IMG/VR virus record: IMGVR_UViG_3300017705_000602
Length of the DNA stretch: 64,000 nucleotides
Origin: a virus
Taxonomy: Duplodnaviria; Heunggongvirae; Uroviricota; Caudoviricetes
Reading direction: 5' to 3' (one strand)
Of the stretch, positions 36,976 through 45,560 are shown in pieces. Positions within the stretch are counted from its first letter, which is position 1. Every line of letters starts with the position of its first letter. Below the pieces are notes generated by a model, which was not told where the DNA came from, did no database searches, and worked only from the letters and a program-made list of their open reading frames with translations. A program made the position numbers and the translations under genes.

Positions 36976-37137
36976 TTGACACCTGGTCAGTCAGTTGCTA
37001 TTATAGTGACAGTGTTAGCGCACAGCAAGGTGTTGTTAAGTCCTCGCCTTGTACTACTTGATTGTCAAAGTCATCACCCCCAACCGATGACCCTTCATGT
37101 ACAATCGCAGGCTTGCAGAAATGTAAGCCTTTTTTTT
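36976..37137 (+). ncRNA. promoter plus ~125-nt small RNA with C-rich loops and terminator
   Basis: TTGACA-17-TATTAT; hairpins CAAGGTG/CGCCTTG and GTCATC-ACCCCCAACC-GATGAC; terminator AGGCTTGCA-GAAA-TGTAAGCCT-T-run; no SD-led ORF. Confidence 0.7.
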
Positions 37138-37193
37138 GACTTCTGTTTCTGAGCATGCTATCATATGCACAACCAACCACTTAAGGAATCAAC

Positions 37194-37757
37194 ATGAAAT
37201 ACTGTATCATGATTGTGCTGGCTGTGTTCAGTTTCAGCACACTAGCACAACAGGCACCCGAATGCAAGATCGATCCGGATTGGAAACAATCCAAAATACA
37301 AGAAACACTGGAGGCCTGTAAGCAATCGACCACGGCTGTAGTGCCACAAGCAGTAGCACAAGACGTGAGTGCGTATGCAGAAATTGCCAAAGGTGTAGCT
37401 GAAGCTATAGGTATTGCCGCACGCGAAGTAGGTGTAGCTGTAGACGAGTTTGTGAAAACAGACACAGGCAAGATGACCGTTGCACTTATAGTGTGGCACG
37501 TTGCAGGAGATGATATCAAAGGCATGCTGTTTGGCATTCCCGGCATCTTGTTTGCAGTGTGGTTGTGGTTTACCATTGCTGCCAGACTCAAACGAACAGG
37601 TGAGTATGTTACTGTCAAGAATCGTTGGGGTCGCGAAGTGAGCGTACACAAGCTCAAGGCAGTGGCCGACTTTGATGGACCAGATGGATTCAGCTTTCTG
37701 ATACTGTCCGTGTTCTGTGGCGCCATTGTGGTAGTGTGCTTGGCAAACATATTCTAA
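37194..37757 (+). CDS. membrane protein with signal peptide
   Basis: Signal peptide; AIGIAAREVGVAVDEFVKTDTGKMTVALIVW; TM helices. Confidence 0.8.
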   Translation: MKYCIMIVLAVFSFSTLAQQAPECKIDPDWKQSKIQETLEACKQSTTAVVPQAVAQDVSAYAEIAKGVAEAIGIAAREVGVAVDEFVKTDTGKMTVALIVWHVAGDDIKGMLFGIPGILFAVWLWFTIAARLKRTGEYVTVKNRWGREVSVHKLKAVADFDGPDGFSFLILSVFCGAIVVVCLANIF

Positions 37758-37846
37758 AAACATATCACAAAAAACAAATAAAAGGTTGCATGGTGCAGCC
37801 TTTTTTCTTATACTGTACACAACAGTTAGGAAAAAGGAAAAGCAAC

Positions 37847-38071
37847 ATGTCACAAGAACTAAACCAAGTAGTAACAGAATTGAACCGTGAACGCAAGTTC
37901 GAAGGCCATGCACCTGTAGACAGTGCTAGCAGTCAAAGGTGGGTAGTACTTGACTACATCTACGATCAGCTTGCATCTGAAACACTGTACGGCACACGCA
38001 CAGCACGTCAAGCACAAAAGCGCAAGCGCGAGCTTGAGTCAGCCAAGTCACAGTTGTTGGAGCAAGCATAA
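37847..38071 (+). CDS. early hypothetical protein
   Basis: Cassette promoter and SD. Confidence 0.7.
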   Translation: MSQELNQVVTELNRERKFEGHAPVDSASSQRWVVLDYIYDQLASETLYGTRTARQAQKRKRELESAKSQLLEQA

Positions 38072-38580
38072 TGCCAAAGAGCAAAAGAACAACACCGGTT
38101 ACACCTTGGGACCCCAGCAAGCGTGCAACAGCTCGTGTAAAGAATCCAATCCCGGTACCAACCGACTGTCCACACTGCGAAGGCACCGACATCGAGATCT
38201 GCAAGAACTCACGTGTGTATCGCGGTCGAACATATGGTGAATGGCCTTGGGTGGTCATGTGCAATACATGTTCAGCCTACGTGGGCTTGCATCCGTTTAC
38301 AGGTATTCCTCTAGGCACACTGGCCGATCGCCAGACCAGAGATGCACGCAAACGAGTCAAGCAGGAATTTATTACATGGCAAGAAACCAACTGCCTGTCG
38401 CGCAACGATGCGTACCGATTGCTGGCACAAAAGATGCGTATACCCAGCGAACAGTGTCACTTTGGCTGGTTTGATTTTGACCAATGCGATCTTGCAATGC
38501 ACGCAGTACGCAAACTGGAGCAACAGAAACGTTACCGTCCAGACTCACCTTTTGCAAAATTGAGAGAATTACTCAGTTGA
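38071..38580 (+). CDS. DUF3268-family zinc-finger protein
   Basis: CPHC...C..C.AYVGLHP.T.IPLGTLA...CHFGWF...C. Confidence 0.85.
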   Translation: MPKSKRTTPVTPWDPSKRATARVKNPIPVPTDCPHCEGTDIEICKNSRVYRGRTYGEWPWVVMCNTCSAYVGLHPFTGIPLGTLADRQTRDARKRVKQEFITWQETNCLSRNDAYRLLAQKMRIPSEQCHFGWFDFDQCDLAMHAVRKLEQQKRYRPDSPFAKLRELLS

Positions 38581-38641
38581 CAACGCCAGCCATGTGCGTT
38601 ATCATGTACATGAAACAATATGCAATCAAAGGAATAAAAAT

Positions 38642-39118
38642 ATGACCACAGTAGCGCAATTGATTATTGAAAAGCTAACCGCAATCGAAGATCGTCTCGC
38701 ACAGATTGAACAGCGACTTGACAATCACGAAACAGCATTTTTAAACGACATTGTTGAGCCGGCCACGACTGCCACAGTTTCGGTTAAGCCCACACGCAAA
38801 CGCAAAAAAGGAAACCGGCATGCCAAGCATCTTCCGCATCGCATTGCAACCAAGTTGCTGGAAGACCATGAGCTGGCCGAAAGCACTCGCAACACGTATG
38901 CCAACACACTGCGCCGCTTGCTAGAAAACACCTGGATGGTACCAACCTTGATCAAGAAGCGTAACCAAGGCGTGCCATACGAATACATTGCTCAAGACCC
39001 ACAGTTCAGCGACTACAACAGCAAGCGTCTGCAAAACATGGTCAGCGTAGGATTGCGTTATGGTGTAATCGAACGTGAGTCAGATGGCAAGTACCGCGAA
39101 GGCAACATCACAGCATAA
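38642..39118 (+). CDS. putative DNA-binding protein (coiled coil, basic linker, winged-helix-like C-terminus)
   Basis: KPTRKRKKG linker; GVIERESDGKY wing-like end. Confidence 0.6.
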   Translation: MTTVAQLIIEKLTAIEDRLAQIEQRLDNHETAFLNDIVEPATTATVSVKPTRKRKKGNRHAKHLPHRIATKLLEDHELAESTRNTYANTLRRLLENTWMVPTLIKKRNQGVPYEYIAQDPQFSDYNSKRLQNMVSVGLRYGVIERESDGKYREGNITA

Positions 39119-39176
39119 TCATGCAAGCACAGGGTTGCCACCGGGTAGCCCTGTACCAACACAAGGATAACACAAC

Positions 39177-39374
39177 ATGGTAGTAGGATCAATCTGGTGG
39201 GGCATGATTGGCATTGCACTTGCACTGTACAACAGTGTCATGCTTTATCAAAACACACAAGCCTGCATCGAAAAACCTGAACGCGCACGCAGACCATTCA
39301 TGATATTCATGCTAGTGATAGGTGCCATAACCGGCCCTGTGTTGCTAGTATACGTTGTGTACGGAATGTTATAA
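39177..39374 (+). CDS. small membrane protein
   Basis: Two TM helices, SD AAGGA. Confidence 0.65.
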   Translation: MVVGSIWWGMIGIALALYNSVMLYQNTQACIEKPERARRPFMIFMLVIGAITGPVLLVYVVYGML

Positions 39375-39375
39375 C

Positions 39376-39549
39376 ATGTGGTGGGTCACTGTACTGAACG
39401 CAGTGCTCGTGGTGTTTCACGGCACCATGCTGATACACTACGCACGCAGTATGAAACAAGACAACAACGACTGGAATTGGTTTAGCTGTAACATGTCAGC
39501 GTTCTTGTTTGTAATGCTGGGCGCAAGCGTGATTGATAATATTTTTTAA
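39376..39549 (+). CDS. small membrane protein
   Basis: Two TM helices. Confidence 0.6.
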   Translation: MWWVTVLNAVLVVFHGTMLIHYARSMKQDNNDWNWFSCNMSAFLFVMLGASVIDNIF

Positions 39550-39615
39550 AAAGGTGTTGACAAGTGTACCCGTTCAATCTATACTGTACACAACAGTTAG
39601 GAAACGGAGCAACAC

Positions 39616-40203
39616 ATGCAAATCACAAACCAAACAGCACAACAAATTGTTAACACACTAAGCAACGCAACCAACAGCATCACAGCACCACAAATTGTAC
39701 AAGCATTGCGCACAGTGAAAGGTGCTACATTTGCAACGCTAACACAAGCAAGCAAAGTAAAAACAGCGGCAGCACACCGCGCACAAAACATTTACAAAAT
39801 TACTGTGCAAAACGTTACACTGTGCAACAGCGATGCCAGCTTGTATTCAAACGCAGTAGCACGTGAAACTGAACAAGCGTTCACAGCCGTGCCTAGCAAC
39901 TACGACATGATTGACAACAGCTACTCAGTGTGCTCACTCAAAAGCAACCCTGCTAAACACTACCTGCGTGCTATTGTTAACCGTGCATTGCAAGTTGTTT
40001 ACTATTGTGCTAACACAGACACTATTGTAAGTAAAGCACATGTTGCACAATACTTGACCAACAGCGCACGCGAGCAACTGTTAAACCCTAGCACTAGCAC
40101 ACACGTAGCACACGCTGATGTTACGCACACAGTAACAGCACGCACGTTTGCATTGCAAAACATATACAGCATCAACGTTAACAAGCAAACGCTTACAGCG
40201 TAG
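39616..40203 (+). CDS. early protein, paralog of 22675, compositionally skewed
   Basis: TFATLTQASKVK...HTVTARTFALQNIYSINVNKQT; last cassette of the array. Confidence 0.8.
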   Translation: MQITNQTAQQIVNTLSNATNSITAPQIVQALRTVKGATFATLTQASKVKTAAAHRAQNIYKITVQNVTLCNSDASLYSNAVARETEQAFTAVPSNYDMIDNSYSVCSLKSNPAKHYLRAIVNRALQVVYYCANTDTIVSKAHVAQYLTNSAREQLLNPSTSTHVAHADVTHTVTARTFALQNIYSINVNKQTLTA

Positions 40204-40710
40204 CACACACGCGCAATATGAGCACTGTATATCAGTACAGTGCTTTTTTGTATCCGCAAAATATCCAACCGCAAAAACGACCCCTCAGCATGTAGCACAG
40301 GATTTGTCAACCTTTTTTTGAGGGGGCGCCAACTGCGCGCCTGTTTTTTTATTCTCAAAATACCCTGGGGCAATTATCCTTGCAGACCCTGGGACAATCG
40401 TTCTGAAAATACCCAGGTGACATTTTCTATGCTGCCGCCACTACTGTACGGAACCTTGGCTAAATCATGAACACAAAAATTTTTGCGCACATTTTTTTAT
40501 GAGCACATGACCCAGGGGCCGTATACACATGCATACGCATGTATAAGCACAGTGCTAAACTGTTTCATGATCTTGTGCGTATAATACAACTACACAGACA
40601 CACCACAACACACCACACAACACGGCAAGGACGCCGGTCCCACACATGATTGACACAGTCGCTATCTTTGTGTACAGTAACAACACCATTACACCAACAC
40701 GGACTGTACC

Positions 40711-40944
40711 ATGATCACACCGTTTATCACCGTTGCCATGGCCACACACGATTCAAGTGCGCACGATCGCATACACGAAATTGCTGCCAGCTGTAACGGT
40801 ATCACTGTTAGCACGGTGACCACCAACAACTGCACATACGTTGCCAAGTATTGTTATCCTAGCATGCACGATCGGGCACAGTGTTCGTTGTTGTTGCGCA
40901 TGTATCGTGCTGACATAAAAGTGTTTGAACACGAACATGGTTAA
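40711..40944 (+). CDS. small protein, C-terminal-helix family
   Basis: RAQCSLLLRMY. Confidence 0.55.
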   Translation: MITPFITVAMATHDSSAHDRIHEIAASCNGITVSTVTTNNCTYVAKYCYPSMHDRAQCSLLLRMYRADIKVFEHEHG

Positions 40945-41197
40945 TGTGACTGTGAGCATTCCAGAAGTTTCTGTGACTTCGTATGGCAGTGTGTCAGACA
41001 CAGCATGGAAAAGATTGTGCGCAGTGCGGGCACGAGCACGTGAATTGGGTGCCACACAAACACGCGCACCGTTTGTGGGTCGTGTTGCAACCTTGTACTT
41101 GGCATGGCCGGATGCTCACAGTGCGCAACAAGCATGCACCGTGTTGGTCATGCAGTTTGAGCAAGTGCGTTGTGATGTGAATATAAACAGTGAGTGA
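40937..41197 (+). CDS. small protein, C-terminal-helix family
   Basis: AQQACTVLVMQF. Confidence 0.55.
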   Translation: MVNVTVSIPEVSVTSYGSVSDTAWKRLCAVRARARELGATQTRAPFVGRVATLYLAWPDAHSAQQACTVLVMQFEQVRCDVNINSE

Positions 41198-41304
41198 ATT
41201 GTGTGCGTGTTTAATGCGCACAGCACACGCCGGGTGCGCTTCGGCGGCTTGCTGTCGCAAGCTGTGCCTGGACCTGAACCGCCCGACCTGACCTTGGAGG
41301 CAGC

Positions 41305-41670
41305 ATGGAAATCATGATTGAACACACTGTGGGCAACACCTGGTGCATGCAGCCACCTGCACGCTTGACACAAATGATTGTGGAACGACCTGGCATGGAT
41401 CGCGACACTGTGTTGCGAGACTATGTTACCGGGTTTGGTGCCACACACGCAGATCAACTGGCCATGATGTCGCAGTTGGCACAGGACACCGGTGCTCGAA
41501 CACTGCAAGCTGTGTGCGAACCAGACGTGACCTTGACCACCACCGATCAAATAGAACAGTACTATTGTGTGAGTTTTTGTGTTGCAGTAACGTTTGAGTG
41601 GTTGCAACCGATTGAACAATTTGTTACACTAGCGCAACTGAATGGATTCACTGTTACCAATACACCTTAA
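41305..41670 (+). CDS. small protein, C-terminal-helix family
   Basis: IEQFVTLAQLNGF; SD GGAGG. Confidence 0.7.
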   Translation: MEIMIEHTVGNTWCMQPPARLTQMIVERPGMDRDTVLRDYVTGFGATHADQLAMMSQLAQDTGARTLQAVCEPDVTLTTTDQIEQYYCVSFCVAVTFEWLQPIEQFVTLAQLNGFTVTNTP

Positions 41671-41679
41671 GGACAGCAC

Positions 41680-42102
41680 ATGCGCAGATACAAACGACAC
41701 CAAGTGAACATGGGCCTAACAGACTTGTTGGGAAATGGCACCTGGATGGTCAATGTGGTAGGTGACCCGGACTGGGTAAATCAAGCCATTGACCAAGCAT
41801 GGTTTTCGATTTCTAAAACACGCGGCATTTGGCGTGTGTTTTTGCCTTACACAGAATTTTTTGACGTCATGGGAAGCACACGCGAACCAGCTGCCGTGGC
41901 CACTGAACACTACATTGCCAGTGTGCGATCTGTGCTGGCACAACTGGGCATACATTATCGTGATCAAGCCGGCTTGGGCGACATCGGTCTGTTTCGTGTA
42001 AAGTTTCAAACACGCCAGCAAGTCAACCAGTTTGTGTTGCTCATGCAAATGAACGGGTGCAAGTACATTGAAACTGCAAGGATCAAGCATGGACCACGAT
42101 AA
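41680..42102 (+). CDS. small protein, C-terminal-helix family
   Basis: VNQFVLLMQMNGC. Confidence 0.7.
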   Translation: MRRYKRHQVNMGLTDLLGNGTWMVNVVGDPDWVNQAIDQAWFSISKTRGIWRVFLPYTEFFDVMGSTREPAAVATEHYIASVRSVLAQLGIHYRDQAGLGDIGLFRVKFQTRQQVNQFVLLMQMNGCKYIETARIKHGPR

Positions 42103-42400
42103 AAACTTGCTGGTTGAAATGCAAGTCGGGCAAGTGCCCGGGTACTACAAGATTGATGTTCGTATTCAGTTTCCTGCAAACAGCATGCAAGCATATCGAG
42201 GTTTGTATGCTGCCGAACCTTTTTTGAGATCATTGGTCAACGACATCAAAGAAAACTTTGCGGTCAGTCGTGTGTCATTGTCGGCCGATTCAATCTTGAT
42301 CAAGTGCGAACGACAAGAACTGCGAAAAATTGAAATGTGGCTTACCTTGGCAGGTTACAATCTGGAACCATTAAAAAGGTGGAAAAATGAAAAGACGTAG
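42089..42400 (+). CDS. small protein, C-terminal-helix family
   Basis: LRKIEMWLTLAGY. Confidence 0.7.
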   Translation: MDHDKNLLVEMQVGQVPGYYKIDVRIQFPANSMQAYRGLYAAEPFLRSLVNDIKENFAVSRVSLSADSILIKCERQELRKIEMWLTLAGYNLEPLKRWKNEKT

Positions 42401-42695
42401 GCAAACATACACAACAGCAGGCCAAGTGAACGATCGACCAAAAGATACAACAATTACGGTGGTTTACAAGCCTTACTGGCGCGAATCATCGCTTGTGATG
42501 TACAACGATGTAAACTCGCTAAAACTGTACCATGAAATAAAAGGCATGTTTAGCAAAGGGTCAGTCACGTGCAAGACCAAGCGATTGCGTCGAGTACGCA
42601 TTACCGGTATTTCTGCAGATCAACATCATGAACTGGTCACCATGTTGTCATTGGCGTCAACACAAGCAATAAAATCTTGTATAAGGAATAACTAG
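42387..42695 (+). CDS. small protein, C-terminal-helix family
   Basis: HHELVTMLSLAS. Confidence 0.65.
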   Translation: MKRRRQTYTTAGQVNDRPKDTTITVVYKPYWRESSLVMYNDVNSLKLYHEIKGMFSKGSVTCKTKRLRRVRITGISADQHHELVTMLSLASTQAIKSCIRNN

Positions 42696-42713
42696 TGTAT
42701 AGAGGTACACTAG

Positions 42714-43049
42714 ATGGACATTACTTTACCTAGCATTCCGTTGCCACGCAACAATACAGAACTGACACAGTTTGTACTTGCTGGCAACACTTTTTTTAAT
42801 TTTAAAGGCACTGACAATTCGAGTTGGTATCATGCGTATTATCAGTCAACTGTTCACATTGCAGAAAATTTGTTTCTGGTCGAACGTGCCAGCTACATGC
42901 AGTATGACACAATCGAGCTGGTCATGCGTGGCACAAATGAGCACGTACTATTGAACAGATATGATCAGTCGGATCGTTTGTTGTTTCGGGTACTTGTTGA
43001 GCAAGTTATACTTACGGAGTTTAGACATGCTGTATATAACAGTTCGTAA
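42714..43049 (+). CDS. LPxT-EE family small protein (outlying copy)
   Basis: LPRNNTELTQFVLAG. Confidence 0.7.
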   Translation: MDITLPSIPLPRNNTELTQFVLAGNTFFNFKGTDNSSWYHAYYQSTVHIAENLFLVERASYMQYDTIELVMRGTNEHVLLNRYDQSDRLLFRVLVEQVILTEFRHAVYNSS

Positions 43050-43281
43050 ATCAGAATACGGATTCCATTTAAGGCCTACCATGGCCAATGACATGAGTGA
43101 ACAAGCAGTTGGTAAATTATCAAGCATAGCTGAACGTTGCGATTTGATGCCTGACTACACAGCTCACGGTTTTCAAATCTCAAGTTCTGTTGATCGTGCC
43201 AACCTTGAAGATTTTTGTTTACTGGCTCAGCTAGAATTAATACATGTAACCATGGAAGACTTTGATTGTGTGCATGTTTAA
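43027..43281 (+). CDS. small protein, C-terminal-helix family
   Basis: LEDFCLLAQLELI. Confidence 0.65.
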   Translation: MLYITVRKSEYGFHLRPTMANDMSEQAVGKLSSIAERCDLMPDYTAHGFQISSSVDRANLEDFCLLAQLELIHVTMEDFDCVHV

Positions 43282-43573
43282 TATTTCGATATTCAAGCAC
43301 ACGTATACCATAATCACTATACAGTCCGGTTCTGGCGAAAATCGAGTTGGCAGTGAAGCCGACATCATGAATCAATTAAAAGACTTTATGTACCACGAGT
43401 TTGGGTTGGTTGCAGTTAGGTCACGAGCAACTTTGTTTGTTATACCTGAGATTGGCAATAACTGTCGCAAGCTTACAGAAATGCAAACACTGTTTGCATT
43501 GCATGATAACACATATCAGTTTATACTTAATGACACACAGTTTGCACTGAGGATGTTACTACATGAAAGTTAA
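43274..43573 (+). CDS. small protein, C-terminal-helix family
   Basis: LTEMQTLFALHD. Confidence 0.6.
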   Translation: MFNISIFKHTYTIITIQSGSGENRVGSEADIMNQLKDFMYHEFGLVAVRSRATLFVIPEIGNNCRKLTEMQTLFALHDNTYQFILNDTQFALRMLLHES

Positions 43574-44051
43574 AATCGGTAAGTACCCTGAATACTTTAG
43601 TCCGTATCTGTTTGCAGAGAAGCTAAAATGGTTTGGTGTGCCCGAAGACAAATGTACCTGGGTCGGCGAGTGGCTATCAAACTGCGATTGGCTCACCAGC
43701 ATGTTTGAATGGGTTAACGAAAAGAACAAACGACAAATAAAAGTTCACATCGACGATTACGATGTTTGGTCAATGGATCATACACTGGCGCTTGTAGTAG
43801 CACCCATGCTTAGACGTTTGCGAGATCTCAAACACGGGTCGGCTATAGTTGAAGACAGTGACGTCCCAGACGAATACGTTAACAAAGATGTTCACGAAAG
43901 ATGGGAATGGGTACTCGACGAAATGATTTTTGCATTTGATCAAGTAGCCGATGAAGAGGTCGATGTACAATACAGCAATCAATCTATACGCGAGCGTGTC
44001 AACAACGGACTAAGGTTGTTTGGTACATATTACTTTGCGCTATGGGATTAA
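43563..44051 (+). CDS. myophage hypothetical protein
   Basis: DVWSMDHTLA...WEWVLDEMIFAF...NGLRLFGTYYFALWD motif familiar from T4-like phages. Confidence 0.8.
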   Translation: MKVKIGKYPEYFSPYLFAEKLKWFGVPEDKCTWVGEWLSNCDWLTSMFEWVNEKNKRQIKVHIDDYDVWSMDHTLALVVAPMLRRLRDLKHGSAIVEDSDVPDEYVNKDVHERWEWVLDEMIFAFDQVADEEVDVQYSNQSIRERVNNGLRLFGTYYFALWD

Positions 44052-44052
44052 C

Positions 44053-44289
44053 ATGAAAAAACAAAAAAAGATATCTTACATACGCAAAGATGATGTAATA
44101 GAAACTGGCTCAATACACCCCGATGAAGTACAAGGTGCATTAAAAGAACTTGCTTCATGTCTTAAAGGTTTAGATATTGAGTTTATCAGTCTGTTTGGCA
44201 CATTCTACATCAGCAAGCACTTGTCAGATGACGAGATACTCATGATCAATCTTACAATCGACGATGATTATAAAATTGTTGCGGAATAA
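44053..44289 (+). CDS. small hypothetical protein
   Basis: Coupled ORF. Confidence 0.6.
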   Translation: MKKQKKISYIRKDDVIETGSIHPDEVQGALKELASCLKGLDIEFISLFGTFYISKHLSDDEILMINLTIDDDYKIVAE

Positions 44290-44347
44290 TCATGTTGTGC
44301 AAAATATAGACATCTTGCTCGATAAGTAATAATACAGGAGTTTGATT

Positions 44348-44641
44348 ATGATTAAACAGATTAACAAATGGTGGATGTCGCTAGACCCTGCCGAACAGTA
44401 CATGTACTGGATTATTACATTTTGCATGATGCTGATGTCAGGTGTTGGTTCTTATGTTGCAGTAGCAGGTTTTATCGTTACTAGCAGTTTTTTACCATCG
44501 ATATTATTAATGATGGTAGCAGGCATAGCTTGCTTTATAACGATGTTTATGATGGTGGTGCTATTTTTAACTTGCATATGGCCTAACCATTATACTAAAA
44601 CTGCTAACACAAAGAAGACAAAAAGCAATCACGCTCTTTAA
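44348..44641 (+). CDS. membrane protein
   Basis: Two long TM helices; GATAAGTA motif and SD AGGAG upstream. Confidence 0.7.
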   Translation: MIKQINKWWMSLDPAEQYMYWIITFCMMLMSGVGSYVAVAGFIVTSSFLPSILLMMVAGIACFITMFMMVVLFLTCIWPNHYTKTANTKKTKSNHAL

Positions 44642-45560
44642 TTGAACTTTCAGCAAGTTCAATATATCTTTGTTTATTTTTACGAAGCCGATGTTCGAGG
44701 TGACACTTGATTGCGCACACATCGGCTATATCAACTTCTGCCCAGTGTTCTATAACTGACATTATCTTTTCCATTCGCAAACTATTGTCGTGTATGTTGT
44801 CATACGAATGATCAACAAAATCATCGAACATGTCAAACCCTAAATTTCTTAAATGCTGAACCACGCCAGGCGCAGACACAACTATCGGTACATGATATTT
44901 GTCAAAAGCTTTCCACGACTTTTCAGTTGGGAAAATGATATCCTCGTGGAACAATGATTCTGTTACAATAGAAAACATAGTTTCCTGCCATATGTGTGCT
45001 GGCAAGCTGTCAAGTTCGCTCAGTATATTGGTGCTCGGTGTATCTCCGAATGCAGTGTCTAGTTTAATCGAACGTTCGGTTTCGGGCTGGAAATGCTTAG
45101 GATTGTAGCTGTACAAAGCAGTATTGGCAATTCCAGTGTCTTCCAAAAACTCTACAATTTGTTTGCGATGCGGTTTAGGAAAGTTGTTCAGTGTTAAAAA
45201 ATGACGCGATACTGTCGGTGTAAACTCAACATCGTTTACCCTTGAATTGTAGTACTCTTCTATAGTTCCGTTAAAGTAGTGCGTGTTCTTCCATTTAAAC
45301 TTTTCAATTGGTGTTATCCAGTGTATGTTGTCAGTTGATACTCCGGCTATATCACAGCATTCCGATAAAAACTGAAATACCGGCAACGGATAATTACGAT
45401 GCCGGGTATATCGATGCAAATCGCATGGCTCAAGCGATGAATCAAAAACTACTGGTTTGTTCTCAGCCAACAGTTTGGTAACAGGAGAATGCAACGGAGT
45501 ATGGTCGCTAGTAAACAACCTTTCCACTTGCCAAGTAAATCTTAATTTAATTAAGTGCAT
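44604..45560 (-). CDS. GT10-like (fucosyltransferase-fold) putative glycosyltransferase
   Basis: FLTLNN..KPHR...FSIVTES...FPTEKSWK...P.VV...G.V..LR.LGFDMF...DHSYD. Confidence 0.6.
   Translation of the reverse strand: MHLIKLRFTWQVERLFTSDHTPLHSPVTKLLAENKPVVFDSSLEPCDLHRYTRHRNYPLPVFQFLSECCDIAGVSTDNIHWITPIEKFKWKNTHYFNGTIEEYYNSRVNDVEFTPTVSRHFLTLNNFPKPHRKQIVEFLEDTGIANTALYSYNPKHFQPETERSIKLDTAFGDTPSTNILSELDSLPAHIWQETMFSIVTESLFHEDIIFPTEKSWKAFDKYHVPIVVSAPGVVQHLRNLGFDMFDDFVDHSYDNIHDNSLRMEKIMSVIEHWAEVDIADVCAIKCHLEHRLRKNKQRYIELAESSIKERDCFLSSLC

Larger units (their letters stand above)
19433..39610 (+). repeat. dispersed early-promoter/leader cassette repeat, 36 copies by manual count
   Basis: GG(TTGCA/TAGAC/TTGAC)-16/17-TA(T/C/A)(T/A)(A/C)T-GTACACACAGTTAGGAAA(T/C)AGGAG. 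CAGTTAG cores near 19471, 20343, 20606, 21314, 21664, 22186, 22652, 23432, 23882, 24788, 25152, 25452, 26024, 26714, 27071, 27387, 27641, 27942, 28253, 28451, 28555, 29261, 29622, 29989, 30498, 30822, 31158, 31597, 33209, 33698, 34206, 34517, 35191, 35467, 37823, 39594. Confidence 0.92.

Noticed and set aside
19433-39610. CRISPR-like array, or a shared N-terminal peptide (MCAIMYTQLGNRS / MCYYVHTVRK)
   Set aside because: The spacers are whole genes; the apparent peptide is the promoter repeat translated from upstream GTG/TTG codons, and true starts follow the AGGAG SD.
190-44000. Numerous minus-strand ORFs in 0-44 kb and plus-strand ORFs in 44.6-64 kb
   Set aside because: Shadows of better-supported genes on the opposite strand; no SD or motifs.
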